Shown here piece after piece: positions 19,643 through 28,841 of a stretch of 64,000 bases of DNA (position 1 is its first letter; the number at the start of each line of letters is the position of its first letter). The translations under genes and the position numbers were made by a program. The notes under the pieces were generated by a model. It did no database searches. It was not told the DNA's origin and saw only the letters and a program-made list of their open reading frames with translations. The stretch is from Clostridia bacterium (GTDB taxonomy: Bacteria > Bacillota > Clostridia > UBA1381): contig JAXDRV010000138.1 of the NCBI GenBank assembly GCA_034090805.1, positions 66,188 through 130,187 on the forward strand, read 5' to 3'.

Positions 19643-21028
19643 TCACTGCATCGACTTTTCAATGAACTCACGTCCGGCGGCTATTGCCTTTTCAACGGTT
19701 GTTTTTGCGGGACCTCCGGTCAGGTTTCGGCCGTTTACGCACGTTTCCATGCTTATTGCGTCGTAAATATCCTCATCGATTATGTCCGAAAAGCTCTTAA
19801 ATTCATCGATTGTGAAATCATCAAGATTTTTTTCGTTTGTAACGGCATAATATACCATCTGCCCGACTACGCTGTGCGCTTCACGAAACGGCAGTCCCTT
19901 TTTGACAAGATAATCGGCAACGTCCGTAGCGTTTGTGAATCCGCCCTTTGAGCCTTTGAGCATATTATCCTTTTTAACCGTCATAGTTGCAATCATATCG
20001 CAGAACACCGGCAGACAAAGCTTAACGGTGTCTATACTGTCAAATATAGGCTCCTTATCCTCCTGCATATCCTTGTTGTAGGCGAGAGGGATACCCTTCA
20101 TGGTAGTAAGAAGCCCCATAAGATGACCGTAAACACGTCCCGTTTTGCCTCGTATCAACTCCGCAACATCGGGATTTTTCTTTTGAGGCATGATAGACGA
20201 GCCTGTTGAAAAGGCATCGTCCATTTCCACAAACGAAAATTCGTGACTCGACCATAATATAAGTTCCTCGCAAAATCTTGAAAGGTGCATCATGATCATC
20301 GACAGGCATGACGCAAGCTCGATAACGAAATCCCTGTCCGAAACTCCGTCGAGAGAGTTCATCGTAACAGCGTCAAAACCCAGCTCCTCTGCGACCGATT
20401 CTCTGTCTAAAGGATACGTTGTGCCGGCAAGTGCGCCCGAACCGAGAGGCATGATATTTGTGCGTTTGCGGCAGTCGTCAAGGCGCATAACGTCACGCTT
20501 GAACATTTCAAAATATGCCATCAGATGATGAGCAAAGGTAACCGGCTGCGCCTTTTGCAGATGAGTATATCCGGGCATTATCGTTTCCGTATGCTCCGCA
20601 GCAAGATCCGTAAGCACCGTAAGGGTGTGAAGAAGCATTTGCCTAAGCTCCTCCGTTTCGTCCATAAGATACATACGTATGTCGAGAGCAACCTGATCGT
20701 TTCGGCTGCGGCCTGTGTGCAGACGCTTGCCGGCGTCGCCTATGCGGTCGGTGAGGATCTTTTCTATATTCATATGTATGTCCTCTGCATCAATTAAAAA
20801 CTCAACGTTTCCGTTTTCTATGTCGGAAAGAATGTTGTTAAGCTCCGAAACGATAGCCTCGCTGTCCTCCTTTGAAATGATACCCTGTCTGCCGAGCATT
20901 TTTGCATGAGCAACAGAGCCTTTTATGTCTTGCTTGTACATACGCTTATCAAAGCGTATGGAGGAGTTGAAATCATCAACCTTTTTGTCGGTGCTTTTCT
21001 GAAAGCGACCGCCCCATAATTTTGCCAT
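19643..21028 (-). CDS. argH: Argininosuccinate lyase
   Basis: N-terminus MAKLWGGRF and fumarate-lyase signature [12 protein letters not shown]. Confidence 0.95.
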   Translation of the reverse strand: MAKLWGGRFQKSTDKKVDDFNSSIRFDKRMYKQDIKGSVAHAKMLGRQGIISKEDSEAIVSELNNILSDIENGNVEFLIDAEDIHMNIEKILTDRIGDAGKRLHTGRSRNDQVALDIRMYLMDETEELRQMLLHTLTVLTDLAAEHTETIMPGYTHLQKAQPVTFAHHLMAYFEMFKRDVMRLDDCRKRTNIMPLGSGALAGTTYPLDRESVAEELGFDAVTMNSLDGVSDRDFVIELASCLSMIMMHLSRFCEELILWSSHEFSFVEMDDAFSTGSSIMPQKKNPDVAELIRGKTGRVYGHLMGLLTTMKGIPLAYNKDMQEDKEPIFDSIDTVKLCLPVFCDMIATMTVKKDNMLKGSKGGFTNATDVADYLVKKGLPFREAHSVVGQMVYYAVTNEKNLDDFTIDEFKSFSDIIDEDIYDAISMETCVNGRNLTGGPAKTTVEKAIAAGREFIEKSMQ

Positions 21029-21149
21029 ATTTTAATCGTTCCTTTCGTGTGTGTTATAAACATATTATATCACACACACCGTCGGCGGTCAAGGTTTTGT
21101 TTGATTTATGAATACAATATATTTATTTAGATGTGCCTGCATTTTTGCG

Positions 21150-21190
21150 TTTAAAGCAGAAAGCTGACACCGCCCGAAGTGATGTCAGCA
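21150..21190 (-). terminator. Terminator downstream of the XRE-family gene
   Basis: Stem GCTGACA (21163-21169) / TGTCAGC (21184-21190). A T-rich run follows on the - strand. Confidence 0.55.
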
Positions 21191-21222
21191 CATTGCCTGA
21201 AGCATGATGAATGACACGGTTT

Positions 21223-21576
21223 TTAATCCTCGTCCGCAATGGGAAGAGAATTACCGCACAAAACATATATCATATGCTTAATAAGCTCCTTTGACGGCAT
21301 ATCAAGCGATTTGTAAATACGCATGACGTCATCATCGGACAAAAGATTGTATTCCTCGTATTCGTTTTCCGAAATATCCCTTAAGGTATCGGCAAACGGA
21401 ATATCGTACAGCCGGCAGAGCCGCTCGAAGGAATCTATGTCGATTTTGCTCTTGCCCCGCTCCCAGCTGCTGATGTTCTGAGAGGTTTTGTTTATATATT
21501 CCGAAACCTGAGCCTGACTCAGATTCGCCGCAATTCTTGCGTTTTTGAGAGTTACACCTAATTTTTTATAATTCAT
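21223..21576 (-). CDS. XRE-family helix-turn-helix transcriptional regulator
   Basis: Start chosen at MNYKK (GGAG 6 nt upstream); the longer ORF-track start has no RBS. HTH sequence LSQAQVSEYINKTSQNISSWERGKS. Confidence 0.8.
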   Translation of the reverse strand: MNYKKLGVTLKNARIAANLSQAQVSEYINKTSQNISSWERGKSKIDIDSFERLCRLYDIPFADTLRDISENEYEEYNLLSDDDVMRIYKSLDMPSKELIKHMIYVLCGNSLPIADED

Positions 21577-21882
21577 ATTCTTCTCCATTTCGCTGCTTTT
21601 TTCTGTATTAATCCTATATGCCAACGAAACTCCGCACATATTACGGTGGTTAAACGAGTGTGCCGTTATGACTTATATATTATATAATGATTTTGGGAAA
21701 AAGTCAAATTTTATTTTACGAAGCTGCCCAAAATAATGCAGGTTAATACAATATATAAAATTATATTTTAGTTATCATTAGGTGAAAAACAAAAATATTG
21801 AGCAAAATATCTAAAAAATTACACTCAATTTATGCATATGTAATAAATAAGTGCAAAAAATGAAGAAAATATGAATGAAATG

Positions 21883-21911
21883 TTGACAAATTTAATTTGA
21901 TATGGTATTAT
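21883..21911 (+). promoter_or_regulatory. Sigma-A-type promoter for the 21950 gene
   Basis: TTGACA (21883-21888), 17-nt spacer, TATTAT (21906-21911), in a very AT-rich 300-bp spacer. Confidence 0.55.
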
Positions 21912-21949
21912 AATTACATCAAAATAAAAAAAGAAAGGTGGGTTTCTAA

Positions 21950-22768
21950 ATGAAACTTAACAAAAAGGTTGCTTGCCTTGCGTTGACTGCGGCTCTTTCG
22001 GCTGCATCAGTGTCGGCGTTTGCTGCAACACCGGATTATGATTATCTTATGGTAAAGGCTGAGGAAGCTTATCAGCAGGGCATGTATTATGAGTCGAGTG
22101 CGCTCCTGGAAAAAGCCAACAGCGTAATATACAACACTCCCCAGTATAAAGCTCTTAAGGCTGCTGTTGATTTCCGTATAATGGTTCTCAACTCGCTTCC
22201 GGCTGTAAAGGCTCTTCCGCAGGCATTCTCGCTTATCGACAGCTTGATGGCTGAAGGACTTTACTATGAGTCGGCAGATCTTCTCGGTAATGTAAAGAGC
22301 GTTTTTGCAAACGAGATTGCAGCAAGCGCAGAATTTACAAGCAAGATAGGTATGTATGAGATAAGAATCAACGAAAAGATAGCTGAATGGGAATTCCGTG
22401 ATGCTATGAACAAGGCATATTCATACTACTATGACAAGCTGTACTATCAGGCACAAGATGCTCTTGCAAATGTACCCGTATCAACACAGGCTCAGAGAAA
22501 TGAGTTTACAAAGCTTGCTGACAAGGTAGCTTATAAGATTGCTCATATTGCCGCTGATCCTAACGAAGCTATCGCTATCTTAAAGCGTGATATGAACATT
22601 GCAAAGGATCCTGATTTTGGCTTTGAGGCATCGGCAGTTTATGTAGGCGGCGAGCTGACAGGTTACACAATCACGGTTTACAGCAAGAAGGCTTATAACC
22701 TCGGTTACGCTTCGACACTGTCGACATATTTTGTAGATGTTGCCGGCGGCTGCACACGTTTATCATAA
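21950..22768 (+). CDS. Secreted hypothetical protein with three internal YY-x-S/A...LL repeats
   Basis: Signal peptide MKLNKKVACLALTAALSAASVSAFA. Repeats GMYYESSALLEKANSV / GLYYESADLLGNVKSV / KLYYQAQDALANVPV. RBS AAAGGTGG. Confidence 0.75.
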   Translation: MKLNKKVACLALTAALSAASVSAFAATPDYDYLMVKAEEAYQQGMYYESSALLEKANSVIYNTPQYKALKAAVDFRIMVLNSLPAVKALPQAFSLIDSLMAEGLYYESADLLGNVKSVFANEIAASAEFTSKIGMYEIRINEKIAEWEFRDAMNKAYSYYYDKLYYQAQDALANVPVSTQAQRNEFTKLADKVAYKIAHIAADPNEAIAILKRDMNIAKDPDFGFEASAVYVGGELTGYTITVYSKKAYNLGYASTLSTYFVDVAGGCTRLS

Positions 22769-22804
22769 GGAATATTGAAACCGGGCGCAGAGCGCAGGTT
22801 GTCT

Positions 22805-22834
22805 GAAAGGGGCTTTGAGCCCCTTTCTTTTTTT
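22805..22834 (+). terminator. Intrinsic terminator
   Basis: Stem AAAGGGGCT-TTG-AGCCCCTTT, followed by CTTTTTTT. Confidence 0.85.
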
Positions 22835-22986
22835 CAAATCCTATAAATAATTATAATTTTGAAAGAATTTGTGATGTTTATGATTAAGTTTCGGCGAGTT
22901 CTCGAACGAAGTGAGAGATGTCTGAGCAGAAGCTTAATCAGAAATATCTCAAATTCCGGTGGAATTTCGAATTTGGCAATTAGACG
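22834..22986 (+). repeat. Partial copy of the MITE-like family (module B plus right TIR only)
   Basis: Region 22865-22956 aligns with module B of the 10550 and 51680 copies. The right end GAATTTGGCAATTAGACGG resembles TIR-R. Module A is absent. Confidence 0.75.
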
Positions 22987-23018
22987 GTGTGTTATTATAT
23001 GAAAGGAATGTATCTGCA

Positions 23019-23219
23019 ATGAAAATTCATAAAAGACTGTATACATATATTAAAAGTAAAAATATATCCATGAGTGAAATATCAAGCGTCAGCGGAATAT
23101 CCGAAAAAAGGCTCAGACGTATTTTTGCGGAAGAGGAATGTGAAATGGCTCTTGAAGAGTACGTTGCCCTATGCAAGGCGGTGGGGGTTCCGATAGATTA
23201 TTTCACGGTGAAGGTATGA
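23019..23219 (+). CDS. Small (66 aa) Cro/C1-type HTH protein
   Basis: ATG 23019 follows GAAAGGA. HTH sequence ISMSEISSVSGISEKRLRRIF. The upstream part of the ORF-track frame runs through the repeat. Confidence 0.6.
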   Translation: MKIHKRLYTYIKSKNISMSEISSVSGISEKRLRRIFAEEECEMALEEYVALCKAVGVPIDYFTVKV

Positions 23220-23297
23220 GGTCTGAATGAAACGGACGTGCGTGGCGGCGTACACGGCTTTGTGCGCCGTGATGCGGCGTTCTTTTTGGGGGTATAG

Positions 23298-23341
23298 AAA
23301 AGCCTCGCGGCACTGCATATCGCAATGCTGTGAGGCTTTTA
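23298..23341. terminator. Bidirectional terminator hairpin
   Basis: Stem AAAAGCCTC (23298-23306) ... GAGGCTTTT (23332-23340). Confidence 0.7.
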
Positions 23342-23367
23342 TGGACTGATATAAGGCGATGCCTTAA

Positions 23368-24006
23368 TTAATCAACGATTGTTTTTACATACTCGGCAAT
23401 CTTGTCGCACTTGCAGTTGGGGAAGAATAAATCCTTGAACTGCTTTCCGGCAACGGCTCCCTTAACAAGCTCAGGATCGAGGTTGGGGAGAATGTCGAGA
23501 AGATCTCTGTGGGTAACCTTTTTAACCTCGTTGAGGATTTTAGCGTTTCTCTGTTCGGGAACGGCTCTTTCCTTGGGATAACCGCCGCCCCATTCTTCAA
23601 CAAACAGCTTCTCGAATACATACTGAAGATTGAGCTCTGCGCCCCAGCCCCAGCCCTTGGCAAAAGGCATGGCGATACAGTTGCCGTTGTTTACCTGTGT
23701 GAACTGATAAGCGTCTGTCGGGTCAACAACGTGTCCGCAAAGTACGCCGGGGAATGCGTTGCAGGCAAGGCAAGCACCCTCGCCGGTGCCGCAGCCCGTG
23801 ATAACAAGATCAGCTGCGCCCGAATTTAAAAGTATAGCGGCAAGAATACCGATCTGAACATATGTAAGCTGTTCAGCATCATCTGCCGAATACATACCAT
23901 AGTTGTCAACTGTGTGACCTAAAGGCTCAACGACCTTTTTAAGTGTTTCAACGATTACGCCATTCTTTGCAGCCTGGCTGTTTTCGTTAATTAATGCGAT
24001 TCTCAT
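23368..24006 (-). CDS. RpiB/LacA/LacB-family sugar-phosphate isomerase (long form, 212 aa)
   Basis: Start at MRIALINE (AAGAGGTAAT RBS). Motif LVITGCGTGEGACLACNAFPGV. The ORF-track extension runs into the tRNA. Confidence 0.8.
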   Translation of the reverse strand: MRIALINENSQAAKNGVIVETLKKVVEPLGHTVDNYGMYSADDAEQLTYVQIGILAAILLNSGAADLVITGCGTGEGACLACNAFPGVLCGHVVDPTDAYQFTQVNNGNCIAMPFAKGWGWGAELNLQYVFEKLFVEEWGGGYPKERAVPEQRNAKILNEVKKVTHRDLLDILPNLDPELVKGAVAGKQFKDLFFPNCKCDKIAEYVKTIVD

Positions 24007-24125
24007 TGGAATTACCTCTTTCTCTTTTATTGTATCTATATTATAGCATAGTTTTTGCATTATGGCAAGTGTTTTAGTGATTTTCTTTAAAATGAAACAG
24101 CATCGGCTATATAAACCGATGCTGT

Positions 24126-24199
24126 TGGCTGCGGAATCAGGATTCGAACCCGAACAAAATGAGTCAGAGTCATTCGTGCTACCTTTACACAATTCCGCA
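24126..24199 (-). tRNA. tRNA-Gln (anticodon CTG)
   Basis: Reverse complement reads TGCGGAA...AATGA-CTCTGAC-TCATT...TCGGGTTCGAATCCTGA-TTCCGCA-G-CCA. Confidence 0.82.
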
Positions 24200-24220
24200 T
24201 CGTTCTTGACGACAGATAAT

Positions 24221-24249
24221 ATATTATCAGAAATTTAACGGTTTGTCAA
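24221..24249 (-). promoter_or_regulatory. Promoter for tRNA-Gln
   Basis: On the - strand: TTGACA (24244-24249), 17-nt spacer, TAATAT (24221-24226). Confidence 0.5.
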
Positions 24250-24358
24250 TACTTTTTTTCAAAAAACTTGATTTTTTTTTGCTTTTGTGGTAAAATGATA
24301 ACATCAACGCAAAAATTGACAGAATATCGTATAATTTTACTGTTTTCGTATTTTTGGA

Positions 24359-24392
24359 CAAAGAAAATGCGGCATGATAAATCATACCGCAT
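24359..24392 (-). terminator. Terminator after tRNA-Leu(GAG)
   Basis: On the - strand: ATGCGGTATGAT-TT-ATCATGCCGCAT followed by TTTTCTT. Confidence 0.65.
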
Positions 24393-24397
24393 ATCGT

Positions 24398-24482
24398 TGG
24401 TGCGAGGGACCGGACTTGAACCGGCACGGGGTTAACCACACGCCCCTCAAACGTGCGCGTCTGCCTATTCCGCCACCCTCGC
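24398..24482 (-). tRNA. tRNA-Leu (anticodon GAG)
   Basis: Reverse complement reads GCGAGGG...CACGT-TTGAGGG-GCGTG...long variable arm...CCGGTTCAAGTCCGG-CCCTCGC-A-CCA. Confidence 0.82.
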
Positions 24483-24500
24483 ATCTCAAGGACGTGTTCT

Positions 24501-24529
24501 ATTATACCAGTATTTTTTCGATTTGTCAA
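24501..24529 (-). promoter_or_regulatory. Consensus promoter for tRNA-Leu(GAG)
   Basis: On the - strand: TTGACA (24524-24529), 17-nt spacer, TATAAT (24501-24506). Confidence 0.7.
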
Positions 24530-24600
24530 GAATTAATTTCAAAAAAAATTATATATAATATTATAGGATTTTAAATAAATTTTTGGGGAGTATGTCAAAT

Positions 24601-25728
24601 ATGAAAAAACAGCTATTGATTTTAACAATAACGGGAGTTCTTGCAGCGTTTCCGATAACCTCGCACGCCATGGCGGACAGCGCTTCGGCAGCCTGCGTGA
24701 TAAACGGAGTGACGGGAGAGATTGTATTTGAAAAAAATGCCCATGAGCGGCGGTCTATGGCAAGTACGACAAAAATGATGACGGCGATTGTTGCGCTTGA
24801 AAATTCAAATCCCGACGATGTGATAACGGTTTCCGAGGATGCGGCGATACAGGAAGGCTCGTCCGCATACATAGAGCCGGGGCAGCAGATATTCATGAGG
24901 GATATGATTTTTGGACTTATGCTTAATTCCGGCAATGATGCCGCATATGCCATAGCCGAGCATATGGCGGGCAGCCGTGAGGCATTTGCCGATATAATGA
25001 ACAAATACGCATGGGAAAAGATAGGCGCAGTCGATACGCAGTTCATCAATCCGAGCGGACTTGACGGTGAGGGACATTATTCAAGTGCCTATGATTTAAC
25101 ACTTATCGCGAAATACGGTCTTAACAATCCGGAGTTTCGGCGGGTGGTGGCAACACGGACAATGACGGCGCAGCCGATTAACAGTGAGGAGCCGCTGTAT
25201 TTTTCAAATCATAACAAACTGCTTGATATGTACGAGGGGTGTATAGGCGTGAAAACGGGATACACCTCCAGCACGGGCAGATGCCTTGTGTCTGCTGCGG
25301 AGCGTGACGGAATGTTGTTTATCGCCGCCACTCTCGATGACAATGACGATTGGAACAGCCATATGGAAATGCTTGATTATGCCTTTGCGGGACATTATAA
25401 AAAAGCTGCCGTATTAAAAAATCAGATTGTAAAAAAGGCTGTTATAGACGGCGAGGTATGCAGGTTTGTGTATGCAAATGACTTTAACGTTCCGTTACAT
25501 AATAACAATCGTGTTGAGCTTAAGGTAGTAAACCACATGGAAAACAACCTCGGCCGCCCGATAAATGAAGGAGAAAAAGTCGGCTGGGCGGAGATATTTT
25601 ACGGGAACACCGTTGTGGGAACGGTCGATATTCTGTCCGATACGGAAATCCGCGGAATAAGCAATATACGCTTAAAGAACAGCTTTTTCGGCTCGTTTAT
25701 AAGAGCGTTTAATATATGGCTTCTGTGA
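24601..25728 (+). CDS. D-alanyl-D-alanine carboxypeptidase (S11 family, PBP5-like)
   Basis: ATG 24601 lies 10 nt after GGGGAG. Signal peptide present. Motifs: SxxK MASTTKMMT, SxN LNSGND, KTG VKTGYT. Confidence 0.87.
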   Translation: MKKQLLILTITGVLAAFPITSHAMADSASAACVINGVTGEIVFEKNAHERRSMASTTKMMTAIVALENSNPDDVITVSEDAAIQEGSSAYIEPGQQIFMRDMIFGLMLNSGNDAAYAIAEHMAGSREAFADIMNKYAWEKIGAVDTQFINPSGLDGEGHYSSAYDLTLIAKYGLNNPEFRRVVATRTMTAQPINSEEPLYFSNHNKLLDMYEGCIGVKTGYTSSTGRCLVSAAERDGMLFIAATLDDNDDWNSHMEMLDYAFAGHYKKAAVLKNQIVKKAVIDGEVCRFVYANDFNVPLHNNNRVELKVVNHMENNLGRPINEGEKVGWAEIFYGNTVVGTVDILSDTEIRGISNIRLKNSFFGSFIRAFNIWLL

Positions 25729-25854
25729 TGAAGCGAAGGGGTGGAAGGCTGTCATAAACAATATCCTTTACGTGCTCAGGTGCGGCACTGCCGGAACAGC
25801 ATTTTCGGATAATTTCCTCAACAAATTTGAAGCACAAAAAATAATTAATATCCA

Positions 25855-25883
25855 TTGACTAAAAGTAATAGGTGTGGTATAAT
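25855..25883 (+). promoter_or_regulatory. Near-consensus promoter upstream of small ORF/rluB
   Basis: TTGACT (25855-25860), 17-nt spacer, TATAAT (25878-25883), with TGG giving an extended -10. Confidence 0.65.
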
Positions 25884-25906
25884 AATACAAAACAGGGAGG
25901 CTTGAT

Positions 25907-26023
25907 ATGAAAAAGAAAATTGCTGTTATTTTGAGCTCGGCCTTGTGTTTTGCAGCCGTATCAGCAAACGGCATGGAGATATTTGAGGGAACCTGTTCAA
26001 ACGGCAGGCTTAACAGATTCTAA
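25907..26023 (+). CDS. Candidate 38-aa secreted peptide precursor
   Basis: GGGAGG (25895-25900) lies 6 nt before the ATG. Translation MKKKIAVILSSALCFAAVSA/NGMEIFEGTCSNGRLNRF has a classic signal peptide. It is too short for the ORF track. Confidence 0.45.
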   Translation: MKKKIAVILSSALCFAAVSANGMEIFEGTCSNGRLNRF

Positions 26024-26049
26024 GCGGATACGGCGGAAAGGATATATTA

Positions 26050-26775
26050 ATGGGAGAAACAGTACGTCTGCAAAAGTATATTGCAATGAGCGGCGCAGCA
26101 TCAAGACGGGCGGCGGAGGCGCTTATAGACGAAGGCAGAGTAAAGGTAAACGGCAGCACCGTAACGGAGCAGGGTGTAAAGGTTGAAATCGGAGCAGATA
26201 AGGTAAGCCTTGACGGCGAGGAGCTTAAGGTCAAAAATAAGCACTATTATATCATGCTCAACAAGCCTGTGGGATATGTCACGACGGTGAACGATCAGTT
26301 TGACCGCCCTACGGTGATAGACCTTGTCAGGACGGATTTGAAGGACGTAAGGCTTTTCCCTGTCGGCAGGCTCGACTACGATACGGAGGGTCTGCTGCTG
26401 CTCACAAATGACGGTGATTTTGCGTATCATGTCACGCACCCGAAATTCAATACCGACAAGACATATATCGCAAAGCTCAAGGGCGGCATAACGATAAAAG
26501 GCATAAACCGTCTTAAAAACGGAGTTAAGATAGACGATTATACAACAGCGCCGGCAGAGGTGTCGATAAAGGACGCAGTCGACGGATATGTGTTTGCGGA
26601 AATAACGATTCACGAGGGCAAAAACCGCCAGGTGCGGCGTATGTTTGAGGCTGTCGGTTCAAAGGTGACTGCACTTCAGCGGATAAAAATCGGCACGGTG
26701 GAGCTTGGTAATCTGCCGCTCGGTAGATGGCGTCATTTAACCTCTCACGAGGTCAATTATTTGATGAATAAATAA
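26050..26775 (+). CDS. rluB: RsuA/RluB-family pseudouridine synthase
   Basis: S4 domain LQKYIAMSGAASRRAAEALI and catalytic motif PVGRLDYDTEGLLLLTNDG. Confidence 0.87.
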   Translation: MGETVRLQKYIAMSGAASRRAAEALIDEGRVKVNGSTVTEQGVKVEIGADKVSLDGEELKVKNKHYYIMLNKPVGYVTTVNDQFDRPTVIDLVRTDLKDVRLFPVGRLDYDTEGLLLLTNDGDFAYHVTHPKFNTDKTYIAKLKGGITIKGINRLKNGVKIDDYTTAPAEVSIKDAVDGYVFAEITIHEGKNRQVRRMFEAVGSKVTALQRIKIGTVELGNLPLGRWRHLTSHEVNYLMNK

Positions 26776-26794
26776 AAGGAAGGAATGAATATAA

Positions 26795-27439
26795 ATGGAC
26801 GCAGTACAGAAATGGAAAAACGAATTAAAAATTAAGGAGCTTATCGAGGTTCTGAAAAAGCGTGATTTTAACGCAGTTATGGCAGAGGACAAGGAGGACG
26901 CAAAGAGAATTGTGATGGATATGATTCCCGAAGGCTCGGTTATTGCGGTAGGCGGCAGCGTTACCCTTAACGAAACGGGAATACTCGATGAAATAAGAAG
27001 TGACAAATATAAGTTTATTGACCGCTATAACGTTGCGTCATACGAGGAAATGCTCGACAAATACAGAGAGGGATATTATGCGGACGTGTTTGTGTCCAGC
27101 ACGAATGCGGTAACGATGGGAGGTCAGCTTGTTAATATCGACTGTACAGGCAACAGAACGAGCCAGATTGTGTTCGGACCGAAAAAGGTAATTATCGTTG
27201 CGGGCGTGAACAAGATTGTTGAAACAGTCGAGGAGGGCATGAAGCGTGCAAAGTCGATTGCTCCGATGAACGCAAGACGCATATCTCACAAGACTCCATG
27301 CGCAACGGATACAAGCTGCAAATGTACGGAATGCTCCGTTCAGGCGAGAATGTGCAACGTAACAAGCATAGTTGACGGCTGTCACTATTTCCCGCAGAGA
27401 ATAAATATAGTTCTCGTTCCGGAAAATCTCGGATATTAA
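26795..27439 (+). CDS. LUD-domain (lactate-utilisation / DUF162) protein
   Basis: Pattern GGSVTLNETG...VFVSSTNAVTMGGQLVNID and a C-terminal Cys cluster. Family call is from memory. Confidence 0.7.
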   Translation: MDAVQKWKNELKIKELIEVLKKRDFNAVMAEDKEDAKRIVMDMIPEGSVIAVGGSVTLNETGILDEIRSDKYKFIDRYNVASYEEMLDKYREGYYADVFVSSTNAVTMGGQLVNIDCTGNRTSQIVFGPKKVIIVAGVNKIVETVEEGMKRAKSIAPMNARRISHKTPCATDTSCKCTECSVQARMCNVTSIVDGCHYFPQRINIVLVPENLGY

Positions 27440-27477
27440 TTTAGAATACATAACACAGGAAAGGATCAGCCTTATCA

Positions 27478-28620
27478 ATGAAAAGCTTTGACATAAAAAC
27501 AAAAATATATTTCGGACAAAATTCTCTTGACAGACTTGCGGATTTGCCGTATAAAAAAGCACTTATAATAACAGACCCGTTCGTTGCAAAGAGCGGAATG
27601 CTGCAAATGATTACATACAGACTCCAGGACGGATATACGGAATTTGAAATTTTTTCGGACGTTGTTCCCGATCCTCCGATTGAGAAAATCTCGGTAGGAG
27701 TCAAAAAGCTGCTTGAATATGCTCCCGACTGCGTAATCGCAATCGGCGGCGGAAGCGCAATCGACAGCGCAAAGGCAATACGTGAGTTTGCGGCAAGAGG
27801 CGGCGGAGGTGAAACTGCTCTTATCGCAATCCCGACAACATCAGGTACGGGAAGTGAGGTAACGAGCTTTGCGGTCGTTTCCGATCCGGCAAATGACACA
27901 AAGTATCCGCTTGTATCTGATTCAATGCTCCCGACAGAGGCGATTCTTGATGCCGATTTGGTAAAAAGCGTTCCGGCGGCGGTAACGGCAGATACCGGAA
28001 TGGACGTGCTTACTCATGCGATTGAGGCATATGTCAGCATAAACAACAACGAATTCAGTGCCGCTCTTGCGGAAAAGTCGATTGAAATCTGCGGAACGTT
28101 TTTGCTGAGGTCGTATCTTGACAATAACGATACTCACGCACGGCAGAAGATGCACGTTGCGTCGTGCCTTGCCGGGCTTGCATTCAACAGCGCATCACTC
28201 GGACTTAACCACGGTGCGGCTCATGCTCTCGGAGCGAAATTCCATATTCCGCACGGACGTGCAAACGCAATGCTGCTGCCGCATATAATCGAGTACAATT
28301 CGGGTATAAACCGCCATTCAAAGAGCAAAAAGGAATACCCGCCCTGCGTGCGTAAATATGTGAACATAGCAAAGCTTCTCGGTGTTAATAACTTTAACGA
28401 AATAACAACTGTTCGTGCGCTGGTGAGCTGGATACAGTTCATGCTTAAGGAGATGAACGTGCCGCTGTCCGTTTCACAGTGCGGAGTGGACAGAACGGAG
28501 TATTTTAACGCCATAGATTCAATGGCGGAAAAGGCTCTTGCCGACGCTTGCACGGCAACAAATCCGAGAGTTCCGACCAAGGACGAGATCGTTCAGATTT
28601 TTGAGCATCTGTATGAGTAA
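27478..28620 (+). CDS. Iron-containing (group III) alcohol dehydrogenase
   Basis: Motif IAIGGGSAIDSAKA and metal-binding His motifs THAIEAY, HGAAHALG. Confidence 0.87.
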   Translation: MKSFDIKTKIYFGQNSLDRLADLPYKKALIITDPFVAKSGMLQMITYRLQDGYTEFEIFSDVVPDPPIEKISVGVKKLLEYAPDCVIAIGGGSAIDSAKAIREFAARGGGGETALIAIPTTSGTGSEVTSFAVVSDPANDTKYPLVSDSMLPTEAILDADLVKSVPAAVTADTGMDVLTHAIEAYVSINNNEFSAALAEKSIEICGTFLLRSYLDNNDTHARQKMHVASCLAGLAFNSASLGLNHGAAHALGAKFHIPHGRANAMLLPHIIEYNSGINRHSKSKKEYPPCVRKYVNIAKLLGVNNFNEITTVRALVSWIQFMLKEMNVPLSVSQCGVDRTEYFNAIDSMAEKALADACTATNPRVPTKDEIVQIFEHLYE

Positions 28621-28701
28621 CCGCTTTTGAAATGTTGTATAGCTTTTGATGTGGTAATTTGTGAAAAGTACATAAACAATAAATAATTTTCAAAAATACT
28701 A

Positions 28702-28731
28702 TTGACATTTCTTACATGAAAGGTGTATAAT
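28702..28731 (+). promoter_or_regulatory. Promoter P1 upstream of leu operon
   Basis: TTGACA (28702-28707), 18-nt spacer, TATAAT (28726-28731). Confidence 0.55.
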
Positions 28732-28771
28732 ACAAACGGAATGTGAAAATATGTTCCGTAATCAATCATCA

Positions 28772-28822
28772 GGGGCGGTACTCCTTGGGAAGAGAAGGAG
28801 TGCCGGCCCGTTTCCTTTTTTA
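28772..28822 (+). terminator. Strong GC-rich intrinsic terminator about 40-95 nt downstream of P1
   Basis: GGGGCGGTACTCC (28772-28784) pairs with GGAGTGCCGGCCC (28797-28809) in 12 of 13 positions, then GTTTCCTTTTTTAT. Confidence 0.7.
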
Positions 28823-28841
28823 TGGGGAGATAAAAAAATAC

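Noticed and set aside
21080-21125. ARG-box-like sequence TATGAATACAATATATTT and a GTGTGTG...CACACAC palindrome upstream of argH.
   Set aside because: Only one half-site (TGAAT) matches the ARG box consensus. The palindrome has a 17-nt loop and no known correspondence. This is too weak to call.
23236-23361. 41-codon Cys-rich ORF (MKRTCVAAYTALCAVMRR...) after the small HTH gene.
   Set aside because: It has a weak, too-close RBS and runs through the bidirectional terminator hairpin. The GC-rich segment is more simply explained as terminator structure.
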